Source: an uncultured Desulfarculus sp. | GTDB lineage: Bacteria; Desulfobacterota; Desulfarculia; Desulfarculales; Desulfarculaceae | Assembly: GCA_963665125.2 (NCBI GenBank) | Contig: CAXXUK010000001.1 | Location: forward strand, 576,001-640,000 | Length of the DNA stretch: 64,000 bases | Direction of reading: 5' to 3' | In this document: positions 63,402 to 64,000 of the stretch, piece after piece | How the letters are laid out: the number at the start of each line of letters is the position of its first letter | Numbering within the stretch: the first letter of the stretch is position 1 | Notes under the pieces: generated by a model | The model's database searches: none | What the model saw: only the letters and a program-made list of their open reading frames with translations | What the model was told of the DNA's origin: nothing | Made by a program: the position numbers and the translations under genes

Positions 63402-64000
63402 TTAGTCCGGGATGTGGTTGTAGAAGGTGTCGCGGCGCTGGGCCCTGAAGCCAAGGTCCTCGGCCAGGTGGATCATGCCCTGGCGCTGCATGCGGAAGTG
63501 GGCACCGGCGGCGGCAACCACGTTTTCCTCCAGCATGGTGGAGCCCAGGTCATCGGCCCCGTAGGTCAGGGCAAGCTGGGCGATCTTGGCCCCCTGGGTG
63601 ACCCAGCTGGCCTGGACATGGTCGAAATTGTCCAGGAATAGGCGGCTGACGGCCAGGGTGCGCAGATAGTCCACCGCGGTCAGGGGCTGGATGTGGTCTA
63701 GAGCCGTGTTGGCCGGCTGGAAGGTCCAGGGAATGAACGCGGTGAAGCGGCCCTTGCCACCGGCGATGCTCTTGTCCTGCTGGGCGCGGACCATGGCCAT
63801 GTGGCCGATGCGGTCAATGGGCTCGTCCAGGCTGCCGAACATCATGGTGGCCGTGGTGTAAAGGCCCCGCTGATGGGCCTTGTCCATGACCTCGATCCAT
63901 TGGGCACCGGTGCATTTGCCCGGCGCGATGCGGCTGCGCACCCTGTGGACCAGGATTTCCGCCCCGCCGCCGGGTATGGAGCCCAGCCCGGCGTCAATGA
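63402..64000 (-). CDS. mqnC: Cyclic dehypoxanthinyl futalosine synthase, radical SAM (3' part; truncated by window end)
   Basis: PGGGAEIL, TATMMFG, FTAFIPWTFQ, QASWVTQG, GADDLGSTMLEENVV. Confidence 0.88.
   Translation of the reverse strand, partial: IDAGLGSIPGGGAEILVHRVRSRIAPGKCTGAQWIEVMDKAHQRGLYTTATMMFGSLDEPIDRIGHMAMVRAQQDKSIAGGKGRFTAFIPWTFQPANTALDHIQPLTAVDYLRTLAVSRLFLDNFDHVQASWVTQGAKIAQLALTYGADDLGSTMLEENVVAAAGAHFRMQRQGMIHLAEDLGFRAQRRDTFYNHIPD

Overview
GC-rich, gene-dense chromosomal window, most likely from an anaerobic Desulfobacterota (former Deltaproteobacteria) organism. That taxonomy is inferred from gene order, the futalosine menaquinone pathway and the VOR-type oxidoreductase; it was not searched. 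Most of the window is housekeeping: a stand-alone EF-G 3' end; a minus-strand run of greA, ampG, hflKC, rplU-rpmA, obgE, proBA, nadD, rsfS, gpmI and an M48-TPR protease; a long plus-strand yceD-rpmF-plsX...fabG-acpP-fabF-rpiB-deaminase-nrdR-rib-nusB-tetR-mqnB-mqnD run; and ppx-guaB-guaA-methyltransferase-dnaE. The right third is more accessory: a degenerate heparinase-like gene, a minimal DsrEFH/TusBCD-like triad, five tandem orphan ABC substrate-binding paralogs, a 2-oxoacid:ferredoxin oxidoreductase operon with an ACT protein, crcB-DUF190-GGDEF, a ChoD-like GMC oxidoreductase, a CoA-disulfide reductase-rhodanese/MBL/Lpd cluster and mqnC with an amidohydrolase. The top candidate for an undescribed system is an acyl-CoA dehydrogenase plus a bifurcating-type EtfB and ferredoxin-fused EtfA sitting exactly where fabH-fabD normally lie in the fatty-acid synthesis cluster. 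Other notable items are the mosaic 5-gene SBP array with two equal-length (143 nt) spacers whose RNA stems appear to covary, a REPIN-like five-hairpin element after dnaE, and an orphan secreted 6-Cys peptide precursor. No rRNA, tRNA, CRISPR array, transposase or integrase was recognised.
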